From a virus (taxonomy: Duplodnaviria; Caudoviricetes), in the IMG/VR virus record IMGVR_UViG_3300020044_002798, positions 1-34,752 of that record: a stretch of 34,752 nucleotides of DNA; one strand, given 5' to 3'. This document shows, one piece after another, positions 1-6,837 of the stretch; the stretch's first letter is position 1; the number at the start of each line of letters is the position of its first letter. Made by a program: the position numbers and the translations under genes. The notes under the pieces were generated by a model. It saw only the letters and a program-made list of their open reading frames with translations. It did no database searches and had not been told where the DNA came from.

Positions 1-23
1 TTGCCTATTATTTTCTGGATTCT

Positions 24-125
24 TTTGTGGTTGTCAACACAAATCTGGTTCTTGTATTCCCACGATAGGGTGTATGGCCCCTAATTTCCACTCTGGGGGT
101 CAAACCACAAATTCCCCTACACCCC
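24..125. repeat. Inverted repeat, left copy (102 bp)
   Basis: Exact reverse complement of 2658-2759; similarity extends with mismatches to 1-23 vs 2760-2782. Confidence 0.97.
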
Positions 126-393
126 TTGACAATACAATTCGGCTAACATATTGATGATTCGATAAGAATTTAATACTTGACGTGCTATTTCGGCAACAGG
201 GGGGCGAGTCGGCAACACTACACGCATGTTTAATCAATCCCCATAACGTCAAGTTATAACCCTTCTCCATACCCATAAGATTAACCTATGGTATTGATAC
301 ATAGGGCATTAATCCTTTCTGCATTGCCACAAAACTAGGTCAGGTATCCTGTAGGGAATGCATGGCGCATATCGCCCGTATAAGCCCCAACAG

Positions 394-450
394 ATAGGGT
401 CTAGCATATAGCAGGTATCCACCCACCTGATAACACTAGACCCTATGCTA
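394..450. other. Long stem-loop just downstream of the leftward operon
   Basis: ATAGGGTCTAG (394-404) pairs with CTAGACCCTAT (436-446); inner stem CAGGT (412-416)/ACCTG (425-429). Confidence 0.6.
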
Positions 451-456
451 TAACGC

Positions 457-588
457 TCATCCTACTAACAGCACCCTCTTTAGATCACCTTTTGTGCGAC
501 CGGATAATGCGGACAGTTGGTGTAAGGTCACATTTAAATGAGTGTCGAAATACTCTCTGACCATATCATCCGACCATTTAGCAAACAT
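457..588 (-). CDS. Small hypothetical protein (43 aa, possibly HTH-like)
   Basis: MFAKWSDDMVREYFDTHLNVTLHQLSALSGRT...; SD AGAGGA before ATG at 588; the longer tracked ORF overlaps the neighbouring gene. Confidence 0.7.
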   Translation of the reverse strand: MFAKWSDDMVREYFDTHLNVTLHQLSALSGRTKGDLKRVLLVG

Positions 589-604
589 GTTTGATTCCTC
601 TCTT

Positions 605-1270
605 TTAGTGTAGCGGATACGATATGTTCCCAACGCTAGGCGTCCAGCATGCGCGACAGTCGCCACAATTGTTCCCTTGCGTGGATGCGGGGCATGCATG
701 TCCGATATGGTCTGTACCTTTCCTATGGACTGTCGACGTTGTGGCATGACCAGAGATAGGCGCGTCACCGATCATTGTACTAGATACACGGATAACGAGG
801 TTTTCAGGAACAATGCCGCCCTTTGCCTTATAGGCTTTGACCATGCCGCTTTCCCGTGTTGGCAACCAATGGCTCACAGCAGGCGTGGCGCGTGCTACAT
901 CACAGATAGCGGATAACATTTCCACCGATTGCAGATCACCGCTATCAAACCATCTATGGAACGGCTGACCGCTTTTGACATAGGCGCGCATGATCTGGAA
1001 AACACATGCCGCGACCCATTTATCTGGACTGGTGGCAATAAGCCGTGTCGCCTTTTCATAGTTAGCCAACCAGCCTTGGTTAACGCTTGGTCGGAGTTTC
1101 TCCAATTTCAACGCATAGCAACGGGAACATGTTGAATCCTTCACCTTGGCCAGTTTTGAACCAACTAGACATTTGGTCGCAGATATTGCGAAAGTTGATC
1201 CCGGCATTTTACCATTGCCAAGCGATATCTTGCCAGCATCTAGTTGGGCGGATTTAAGAGTCATTGTCAT
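605..1270 (-). CDS. Gp88-like Cys-rich phage protein (possible Fe-S/radical-SAM-like fold)
   Basis: KMPG..C..TCSRCYA, FHRWFDSGD, HWLPTRE, PENLVIRVS and C-terminal CPA....NCGDCRACW, as in phage Gp88-type proteins. Confidence 0.7.
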   Translation of the reverse strand: MTMTLKSAQLDAGKISLGNGKMPGSTFAISATKCLVGSKLAKVKDSTCSRCYALKLEKLRPSVNQGWLANYEKATRLIATSPDKWVAACVFQIMRAYVKSGQPFHRWFDSGDLQSVEMLSAICDVARATPAVSHWLPTRESGMVKAYKAKGGIVPENLVIRVSSTMIGDAPISGHATTSTVHRKGTDHIGHACPASTQGNNCGDCRACWTPSVGNISYPLH

Positions 1271-1272
1271 GA

Positions 1273-1482
1273 TTAGACTACCTTAGTTATGACGCCATTG
1301 GCCATTGTGACGTTAGCAAAGAATTCACGTCCAAGGCCCGTTATATGGGGCCGATTGGCTACAGTCAAAACACCGTCGGGCCTATACTCTGGACCAAATA
1401 GGCTTGTTTCAATGTAGCGCAGTCTCTGGCCAATGTTTTCCTTTAGTACTTTCTTGGACGGATATTTTACCACAAGTGTCAT
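1273..1482 (-). CDS. Hypothetical phage protein (69 aa)
   Basis: ORF tightly packed in the operon; YPSKK.LKENIGQRLRYIETSLFGPEY. Confidence 0.75.
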   Translation of the reverse strand: MTLVVKYPSKKVLKENIGQRLRYIETSLFGPEYRPDGVLTVANRPHITGLGREFFANVTMANGVITKVV

Positions 1483-1488
1483 TTTTGA

Positions 1489-1641
1489 TCATTCCGCATT
1501 AAGGTTAACGACAAGGGTGCTTTGCCCCATTGTTTCAAGCTTGCGCCGCGCTTTCTCTGCATTTGCAAGAGTCATTGGTGGCAATTTCAACGCTTGCAAG
1601 CCGTGGGGTTTTTCAATGGCAAGGCCGTAGGTTTTCTGCAT
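1489..1641 (-). CDS. Hypothetical protein (50 aa, not in ORF track)
   Basis: MQKTYGLAIEKPHGLQ...NLNAE; strong SD GAAAGGAG. Confidence 0.7.
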   Translation of the reverse strand: MQKTYGLAIEKPHGLQALKLPPMTLANAEKARRKLETMGQSTLVVNLNAE

Positions 1642-1673
1642 TGTAGTCTCCTTTCTTGTGGTTAGCGTTAGCG

Positions 1674-1757
1674 TCAGTTAAGGGAAAGAATGATGTAAGT
1701 CACAGTTGCCAGAACAAAAATCCCAGCGATTGAGTCGACGATATCCAAAAGTTTCAT
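1674..1757 (-). CDS. Small membrane peptide (27 aa)
   Basis: MKLLDIVDSIAGIFVLATVTYIILSLN; SD GAAAGGG; one hydrophobic helix. Confidence 0.6.
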   Translation of the reverse strand: MKLLDIVDSIAGIFVLATVTYIILSLN

Positions 1758-1769
1758 TTCCGATCCCTT

Positions 1770-1958
1770 TCAGTTATAAAGCCAGGGGGCAATGCGAGAA
1801 TTAATAGCTGCGCGACGTTCACTATAGAAGGCATGACGCAACGATTCAGCGAAATCCTTGGTTGATCTAACCTGTATCAACTCCTTAGTTTCCGCGATAT
1901 TGCGGCGATATTCTGCCATTGCGGAAAGGTGAATTGCGATTGTGCCGGAAAGCTTCAT
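1770..1958 (-). CDS. Hypothetical protein (62 aa)
   Basis: MKLSGTIAIHL...; SD GAGGA before ATG at 1958. Confidence 0.65.
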   Translation of the reverse strand: MKLSGTIAIHLSAMAEYRRNIAETKELIQVRSTKDFAESLRHAFYSERRAAINSRIAPWLYN

Positions 1959-2250
1959 TGTGTCGGTTCCTCTTGTTCCCTGTTGCATTGTTTGTGGCAT
2001 AGCGATTCCGATTCGCCAAGCGGAAAATAGCTAAAGCGGAAAGAATTTAGAGTCCTTATACATAGGCGGGAATCTTTGTGGTATCGCTTGACAAGGTGGA
2101 AAGAAACGCATATGCCGATTGGCATTGAACCGGGCTGGACCCGGCAGGGGTCGCTATGCGATTCGCAAAAATCATCGGGCATGGCTAAACGGAATCTAGG
2201 TAAAACTTACTGACCTATCCGGCAGCGCGATAAGCTATTTCCGACCGTTT

Positions 2251-2460
2251 AAGTATGGGATTTAGTCTAAATCATTGAGTCTTAGTTAAGCAATAAAATT
2301 ACCAGACTCTTTCCCTATGTAATACCCAATAACATACAGTTTTCCTATGTAATGCGGATTAACTAAATTAAAGTGATTTAAGTAATAAAATTACCCAACG
2401 GTTTTCCTATGTAATAAGCATTAACTAAATCAGCGTGAATTAATAACTAAAGTATGGGAT
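2251..2460. repeat. AT-rich interleaved direct-repeat region
   Basis: TT(T/C)CCTATGTAAT x3 (~2311, 2341, 2403), AATAAAATTACC x2, ATTAACTAAAT x2, AAGTATGGGAT x2 (2251, 2450). Confidence 0.85.
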
Positions 2461-2580
2461 GTGGTCTGTGCATACCTTTGCACGTATGGGTATACCAGCC
2501 CATCCCAGACCTATACCATCCCAGACCTGCACGTTCCAAGGTATGTGGCAGCAGAATCGACGAAAAAGCCACAAAGCTGG

Positions 2581-2700
2581 ACCCCCACAGTGGAAATTGT
2601 TCGCTTCGCAGTCGCTTGCGACGAGAACTCGTCTATTACCCCCATAGTGGAAATCAGGGGGTGTAGGGGAATTTGTGGTTTGACCCCCAGAGTGGAAATT
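2581..2700 (+). repeat. Three 18-bp direct repeats ACCCCCANAGTGGAAATY
   Basis: Copies at 2581-2598, 2638-2655 and 2683-2700; the third lies inside the inverted repeat, so an inverted copy also occurs in the left repeat. Confidence 0.9.
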
Positions 2701-2759
2701 AGGGGCCATACACCCTATCGTGGGAATACAAGAACCAGATTTGTGTTGACAACCACAAA
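2658..2759. repeat. Inverted repeat, right copy (102 bp)
   Basis: Exact reverse complement of 24-125. Confidence 0.97.
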
Positions 2760-2774
2760 CGAATCACGTAAATA
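2746..2774 (+). promoter_or_regulatory. Putative sigma70 early promoter
   Basis: TTGACA-17 nt-TAAATA upstream of the first rightward gene; CGAATCAC in the spacer. Confidence 0.6.
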
Positions 2775-2819
2775 CTAGGACATCAAGAACGACAGCAACC
2801 TTGTATGAGGATAACCACA

Positions 2820-2996
2820 ATGAAGACTGAAGACACACTGAACTTGATGCTTGGCGCTCGTTATCTTAACGAATCTGCCATCAAGGCTTACTATACTGAG
2901 CGTGATTACTTCAAGGAAGAGTTCATCAAAGAGGCTAAAGCATTCAAGGCGGTGTTGGATCAAGCCTTGGCTAACATGGAAGAGGTTACAGAATGA
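2820..2996 (+). CDS. Hypothetical early protein (58 aa)
   Basis: MKTEDTLNL...; SD GAGGA. Confidence 0.75.
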   Translation: MKTEDTLNLMLGARYLNESAIKAYYTERDYFKEEFIKEAKAFKAVLDQALANMEEVTE

Positions 2997-3133
2997 TCAC
3001 CCAACGTGTCAATAACTGGGACTATGAAGACGAAACCCTTGCACAGTCAATCTGTGAGAAGTTCAAGATGCAAGGTAAGAAGGCGTGGGTTAAAGGCACT
3101 ACCGTCTACTGGGTCGAAGATAGCACAGATTGA
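2993..3133 (+). CDS. Hypothetical protein (46 aa, not in track)
   Basis: MITQRVNNWDY...EDSTD; ATGA overlap with the upstream gene. Confidence 0.65.
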   Translation: MITQRVNNWDYEDETLAQSICEKFKMQGKKAWVKGTTVYWVEDSTD

Positions 3134-3148
3134 GAGAGGATAACCACA

Positions 3149-3427
3149 ATGAAGACTGAAGACATTATTCGTGACATCCGTGAAATCATATACGATACTG
3201 ATCGCATCTGGAATACCGTCAGCCAATCTAAAACTAGTGCCTTCCGTGATGATGACCTTGAAGAGGCTTTGTTGGGTCTTGATCAGGCGCGTGATGGCTT
3301 GTCGTTGATTGAGGAGATGCTGAACACCTTGATCTACAATATTGAGATGGAAGCCCTTAGCCACAAGGTGCAGAACAAGACTAAAACCCTTGTCGAACTG
3401 TTTGATGAAGAGGAAGCTAAGAAATGA
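3149..3427 (+). CDS. Hypothetical coiled-coil protein
   Basis: ORF with SD GAGGA; acidic and helical. Confidence 0.8.
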   Translation: MKTEDIIRDIREIIYDTDRIWNTVSQSKTSAFRDDDLEEALLGLDQARDGLSLIEEMLNTLIYNIEMEALSHKVQNKTKTLVELFDEEEAKK

Positions 3428-3651
3428 GCCAAAAGTGTGTTGATCTAATACAAAGGTTGCGTGACTTTGACCCACACCTACACGAATGGGAAGTGGTTGA
3501 TGAAGCAGCCGACTATATTGAAGCTATCCAAGAACTACTAGACGCATACCAAGACATCATCGACTATGGGCCTCTTGTTTTTGCTACAAACGCCCAATGG
3601 GTGAAGTTAAATGATGCAAAAGATAATCTGGAAGGGCTAAAAGATGAATAA
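3424..3651 (+). CDS. Hypothetical protein
   Basis: DLIQRLR...EAADYIE phage-type motif; ATGA overlap. Confidence 0.8.
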   Translation: MSQKCVDLIQRLRDFDPHLHEWEVVDEAADYIEAIQELLDAYQDIIDYGPLVFATNAQWVKLNDAKDNLEGLKDE

Positions 3652-3796
3652 CACCATCATAGCCTGCACTTGTTTGTGGTTCGTCTTCTTGTCTGTGGCA
3701 GCTATTCAGCACCCTGAGTGGGTAGGACAGTGGAAGGCTAAGGTAGAGTACCACTTTATTGTGGAAGCTGATAAGATTGGGGTGTGGTCAGAGTGA
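3644..3796 (+). CDS. Small membrane protein (50 aa, not in track)
   Basis: MNNTIIACTCLWFVFLSVAAIQHPEWVGQW...; fills the gap with overlapping start and stop. Confidence 0.65.
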   Translation: MNNTIIACTCLWFVFLSVAAIQHPEWVGQWKAKVEYHFIVEADKIGVWSE

Positions 3797-4029
3797 ATAA
3801 AATCGATTCATGGTTATATGACGCAAAGGCAACTTGGATAGACTTCAGTGATAAATCTACTTGGTTCTGTGACCCTGAGTGTAAGATACCTGCCTACAGG
3901 ATGCAGGATGTAAACTATGTAGCCTGTAAGTTATGGGGTGCTGAAGGTGCTATGTTCGTAGATGGTAAACTAGAGGCTGACAAAGAAGGTAGGGTTTACA
4001 TTGAAGTAAGTCTTGACGAATCACCATAA
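3793..4029 (+). CDS. Hypothetical protein
   Basis: GTG start overlapping the upstream stop (GTGA). Confidence 0.7.
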   Translation: MNKIDSWLYDAKATWIDFSDKSTWFCDPECKIPAYRMQDVNYVACKLWGAEGAMFVDGKLEADKEGRVYIEVSLDESP

Positions 4030-4041
4030 CTTCTGTACCTA
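4012..4041 (+). promoter_or_regulatory. Putative sigma70 promoter
   Basis: CTTGACG-17 nt-TACCTA; shares TTGACGAATCAC with 5063-5074. Confidence 0.5.
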
Positions 4042-4080
4042 GAATACAGAAACAAGCTAGCTCTTAAAGGAGATAACCAC

Positions 4081-4359
4081 ATGGACTTCAACACTAACTA
4101 CCTGAGCGTTTACATCGAAGAAGAACCTTTTGGTGAAGTGGAAGTCTGTGTGGCTATCGTTGGCCACGGTGTAGGTAAGTGGGAGTTCTGGTCAGACACA
4201 GGTTATGAGTTCAATGAGGTCAGTGACCCTGATCTTGTGGTACAAGAGGTTCTGGACAGTGAAGGCGTGGTGGTTAAGCTACCACAACACTTGATTGATA
4301 AGGCTCTTGAGATTGCCTGTGAGACTTACTGGGAGAAGTACTCCTCTGATAGTCTGTAG
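4081..4359 (+). CDS. Acidic hypothetical protein (92 aa)
   Basis: SD AAGGAG; rich in Asp and Glu. Confidence 0.8.
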   Translation: MDFNTNYLSVYIEEEPFGEVEVCVAIVGHGVGKWEFWSDTGYEFNEVSDPDLVVQEVLDSEGVVVKLPQHLIDKALEIACETYWEKYSSDSL

Positions 4360-4403
4360 TGCACATTACCACACCTTAACAATTGAGTTAAAAGGAAAAC
4401 ACC

Positions 4404-5066
4404 ATGAATACTTACACTAAAGACGAACTTAAAACCATCTTGGATAACCACAAAAAGTGGTTGCTTAATCAGGCTGGCGGCATTCGTGCTTACCTGTCGG
4501 GGGCTTACCTGTCGGGTGCTAACCTGTCGGGTGCTAACCTGTCGCGTGCTAACCTGTGGGATGCTGACCTGTCGCGTGCTTACCTGTGGGGGGCTAACCT
4601 GTGGGGGGCTAACCTGTCGGGGGCTAACCTGTCGGGTGCTGACCTGTCGGGGGCTTACCTGTCGGGTGCTAACCTGTCGGGTGCTAACCTGTCGCGTGCT
4701 AACCTGTGGGATGCTGACCTGTCGCGTGCTTACCTGTGGGATGCTGACCTGTCGGGTGCTGACCTCCCAAACTTTCAAATCTGCCCAGAAGAAGGTTCTT
4801 TCATCGGTTGGAAGAAGGTTGATGGAGGTGTCTTAAAACTCCTTATTCCAGAAAATGCAAAGCGTACATCAAGTCTTGTTGGTAGGAAGTGTCGTGCTGA
4901 ATTTGTGGTAGTCCTTGAAGGCTCTGGTATCTCTAAACATGACGGTAAGACTAAGTATGAACCGGGGATGACTGTGTACCCTGACAAGTATGATGAAGAT
5001 ATCCGCATCGAATGTACATCAGGCATCCATTTCTTTATTACACGTAAAGAGGCAGAAAACTATTGA
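4404..5066 (+). CDS. Pentapeptide-repeat protein with DUF5758-like C-terminal domain
   Basis: About 18 A(N/D/Y)L(S/W)(G/R/D) repeats; C-terminal CPEEGSFIGWKK, KCRAE, ECTSGIHFF motifs. Confidence 0.92.
   Translation: MNTYTKDELKTILDNHKKWLLNQAGGIRAYLSGAYLSGANLSGANLSRANLWDADLSRAYLWGANLWGANLSGANLSGADLSGAYLSGANLSGANLSRANLWDADLSRAYLWDADLSGADLPNFQICPEEGSFIGWKKVDGGVLKLLIPENAKRTSSLVGRKCRAEFVVVLEGSGISKHDGKTKYEPGMTVYPDKYDEDIRIECTSGIHFFITRKEAENY
4488..4766 (+). repeat. 15-bp tandem repeat array (~18.6 units)
   Basis: Units such as GCTAACCTGTCGGGT; a ~90-bp block recurs 150 bp downstream. Confidence 0.95.
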
Positions 5067-5091
5067 CGAATCACTACGACTATGGCTATGT
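5063..5091 (+). promoter_or_regulatory. Putative sigma70 promoter
   Basis: TTGACG-17 nt-CTATGT, close to the alphaproteobacterial CTTGAC-N17-CTATAT form. Confidence 0.55.
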
Positions 5092-5125
5092 ACACTCATG
5101 CAAACCGAGCGAGGAGCAAGATACA

Positions 5126-5383
5126 ATGCTTGACACAATGACTGAGCCGTTCAATCCTATCGCTATCTGTAACCACAACTTCAAGGTTACCTTCCAGAAA
5201 GCTAACAGTGGTGAGGTTCGTACTATGAACTGTAACTTCTTCAACAAGCCTACCACAGAAGATGATGCACTTGTCTTTGTGGCAACCCTAGAGGGTAAAG
5301 ACCTTATCACTGTCTTTGATCTTGACGCTGGTAAGTGGAAGTCTTTCTATTCAACCAAGGTTATCTCATGGGAGTTGGTGTAA
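5126..5383 (+). CDS. WYL_2/DUF2693-like Sm/SH3 beta-barrel protein
   Basis: VTFQKANSGEVRTMNC...VFDLDAGKWKSF; SD GAGGAG. Confidence 0.7.
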   Translation: MLDTMTEPFNPIAICNHNFKVTFQKANSGEVRTMNCNFFNKPTTEDDALVFVATLEGKDLITVFDLDAGKWKSFYSTKVISWELV

Positions 5384-5589
5384 TGGCGATTAAGATCGGG
5401 GACATCGTTCGTGGTAACTCAAACCACATCAATCCACATCGTCGAAATGATGTAGGGGTTATCACTCAAATGAGTGGTGACGACATTTATTGGGTCAAGT
5501 GGTCAGAAAGCACTCAGGCAGCTTATGGCTCTGAACTTGACTTGGTTGTCCCTGTCCTGACTTACCACAAAGCTAATCAAGAGGAATAG
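5383..5589 (+). CDS. Hypothetical SH3-like protein
   Basis: MAIKIGDIVR...GVI...YWVKW...ELDLV; TAATG coupling. Confidence 0.7.
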   Translation: MAIKIGDIVRGNSNHINPHRRNDVGVITQMSGDDIYWVKWSESTQAAYGSELDLVVPVLTYHKANQEE

Positions 5590-5590
5590 T

Positions 5591-5767
5591 ATGCCAGATA
5601 TTACTATGTGTACCTCAGATGTGTGTGACCTACGTACACACTGCTACAGAAGCCCAGAGAGTGGTACTAAGCCTAGTGAGTACCGTCAGGCTTGGTTCTT
5701 TGGCAACCACTCTATAAACGAGGAGTGCAACCACTACTACCCAATCAGAGTGGATACCACAAAATGA
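5591..5767 (+). CDS. Small Cys-rich phage protein (58 aa, not in track)
   Basis: MPDITMCTSDVCDLRTHCYR...RQAWF...ECNHYY; SD GAGGA. Confidence 0.75.
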   Translation: MPDITMCTSDVCDLRTHCYRSPESGTKPSEYRQAWFFGNHSINEECNHYYPIRVDTTK

Positions 5768-5949
5768 CCACAGATCAGACTAAGCTAGGTATGGTTGACA
5801 TCAAGTCTGTAGCTAAGCAACTCTCTCAAATCCTACAGCAACAGGAGTGGGATGGTGAGGTAGACAAATCTAAAGCTACACAACATAAACTAGACAGTCT
5901 TCTAGACTACCACAACAAGACAGGTAGTATGTGGTACCCTCTCTTCTAG
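5764..5949 (+). CDS. Hypothetical protein (61 aa)
   Basis: ATGA overlap; ends GSMWYPLF. Confidence 0.7.
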   Translation: MTTDQTKLGMVDIKSVAKQLSQILQQQEWDGEVDKSKATQHKLDSLLDYHNKTGSMWYPLF

Positions 5950-6110
5950 TGGATCATAGAGGTATATACCTTCTATTCTCTCTATTACTATGAGTGATTG
6001 ATTGATACATAGAGGGTATATACAGAGCGGGGGAACCACAAAGTATACATAGTACTGTGGTCAGTGGTTTCAAGGGGGACTACAGATAACATTTTGTTAC
6101 AGGAGATGTC

Positions 6111-6239
6111 ATGCTATCACTTTCTGTAGTTTACTCTTGTCTTGTTGGTTTGTGGTTACTATCTAAGCCTATCGGTCCTTACAAGAGGATCACTAAACAT
6201 GACCTCAGTGGTGTTGAAGGAGACTGTAACGATGAATGA
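6111..6239 (+). CDS. Small membrane peptide (42 aa)
   Basis: MLSLSVVYSCLVGLWLL...; SD AGGAG. Confidence 0.5.
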   Translation: MLSLSVVYSCLVGLWLLSKPIGPYKRITKHDLSGVEGDCNDE

Positions 6240-6486
6240 TGATGATCTGATTAGTCGTAGGACTGTTCGAGCACTGATCCCTGCGTATGTCCACGGCGAC
6301 CATTACGTTGCTTTTGATCGTGCCATCGCCGCCCTGCCCGCTGTGTCTGCGCCCGACGTGGCGGAACTGGTGGAGGCGGCTGGCGAATTGGCCGATGCAT
6401 TTGCCAAGCAGATCGGGGATCGCAAGCACAGCGCGTGGCCCGTAATCCGCAGGGTGCGCGCCGCCCTCGCACGGATCGGGGGGTGA
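6232..6486 (+). CDS. Hypothetical protein, GC-rich
   Basis: MNDDDLISR...AIAALPAV...LVEAA; SD AAGGAG. Confidence 0.75.
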   Translation: MNDDDLISRRTVRALIPAYVHGDHYVAFDRAIAALPAVSAPDVAELVEAAGELADAFAKQIGDRKHSAWPVIRRVRAALARIGG

Positions 6487-6489
6487 GGG

Positions 6490-6837
6490 ATGATCATTGT
6501 CCTAGACCAAGGGACGCGCAAAGCCCGCAAGCGTCATCAGTGCTTTCACTGCTATCGAGATATTGCGCCGGGGCAGGATTACGGGTTTCAGACCTGTAAG
6601 TATGACCATGTTTACACGCTGGCATGGCATCTGGACTGCGAAGAACTGGCCACTGAATGCCGTCAGATAGTCGATTACTTTGACGACGAAGGCTGGTCAC
6701 CGCTGCGAGATATGTGGGTGGAGAGCGGCGAATACCGTTCCGAATGCGACGGCTGGAGGGGCTTTTACCCGCATGTTGTAGCGCGGATGGAACTAACCGA
6801 CCAGCTTGCCGCCATCCGCAAAGGGGCCACGCCATGA
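6490..6837 (+). CDS. Zinc-finger-like hypothetical protein, GC-rich
   Basis: KARKRHQCFHC.RDI.PG..Y...HLDC. Confidence 0.75.
   Translation: MIIVLDQGTRKARKRHQCFHCYRDIAPGQDYGFQTCKYDHVYTLAWHLDCEELATECRQIVDYFDDEGWSPLRDMWVESGEYRSECDGWRGFYPHVVARMELTDQLAAIRKGATP

Larger units (their letters stand above)
2807..3164 (+). repeat. 29-bp direct repeat covering SD and first codons (copies 2807-2835 and 3136-3164)
   Basis: GAGGATAACCACAATGAAGACTGAAGACA identical in both copies. Confidence 0.95.

Noticed and set aside
2581-2700. Mini CRISPR array
   Set aside because: Repeats only 18 bp, gaps unequal (39 and 27 bp), one copy is part of the inverted repeat, and no cas genes are present.
2440-2778. Four overlapping ORFs across the repeat region
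   Set aside because: No convincing SD, they run through repeats and a promoter, and they conflict with each other; the region is better read as non-coding.
2358-4392. CtrA boxes (TTAA-N7-TTAA)
   Set aside because: The TTAA pairs seen are spaced 5, 6 (2359-2381) and 8 nt (4376-4391), not 7.
4326-4836. Repetitive ORFs 4326-4778 (-) and 4486-4836 (+)
   Set aside because: Alternate-frame shadows of the 15-bp pentapeptide array.
5401-6200. CCACA repeats as DnaA boxes or Chi sites
   Set aside because: Context is mostly RCCACA rather than TTATCCACA, and the motif occurs in both orientations locally, unlike polarised Chi sites.
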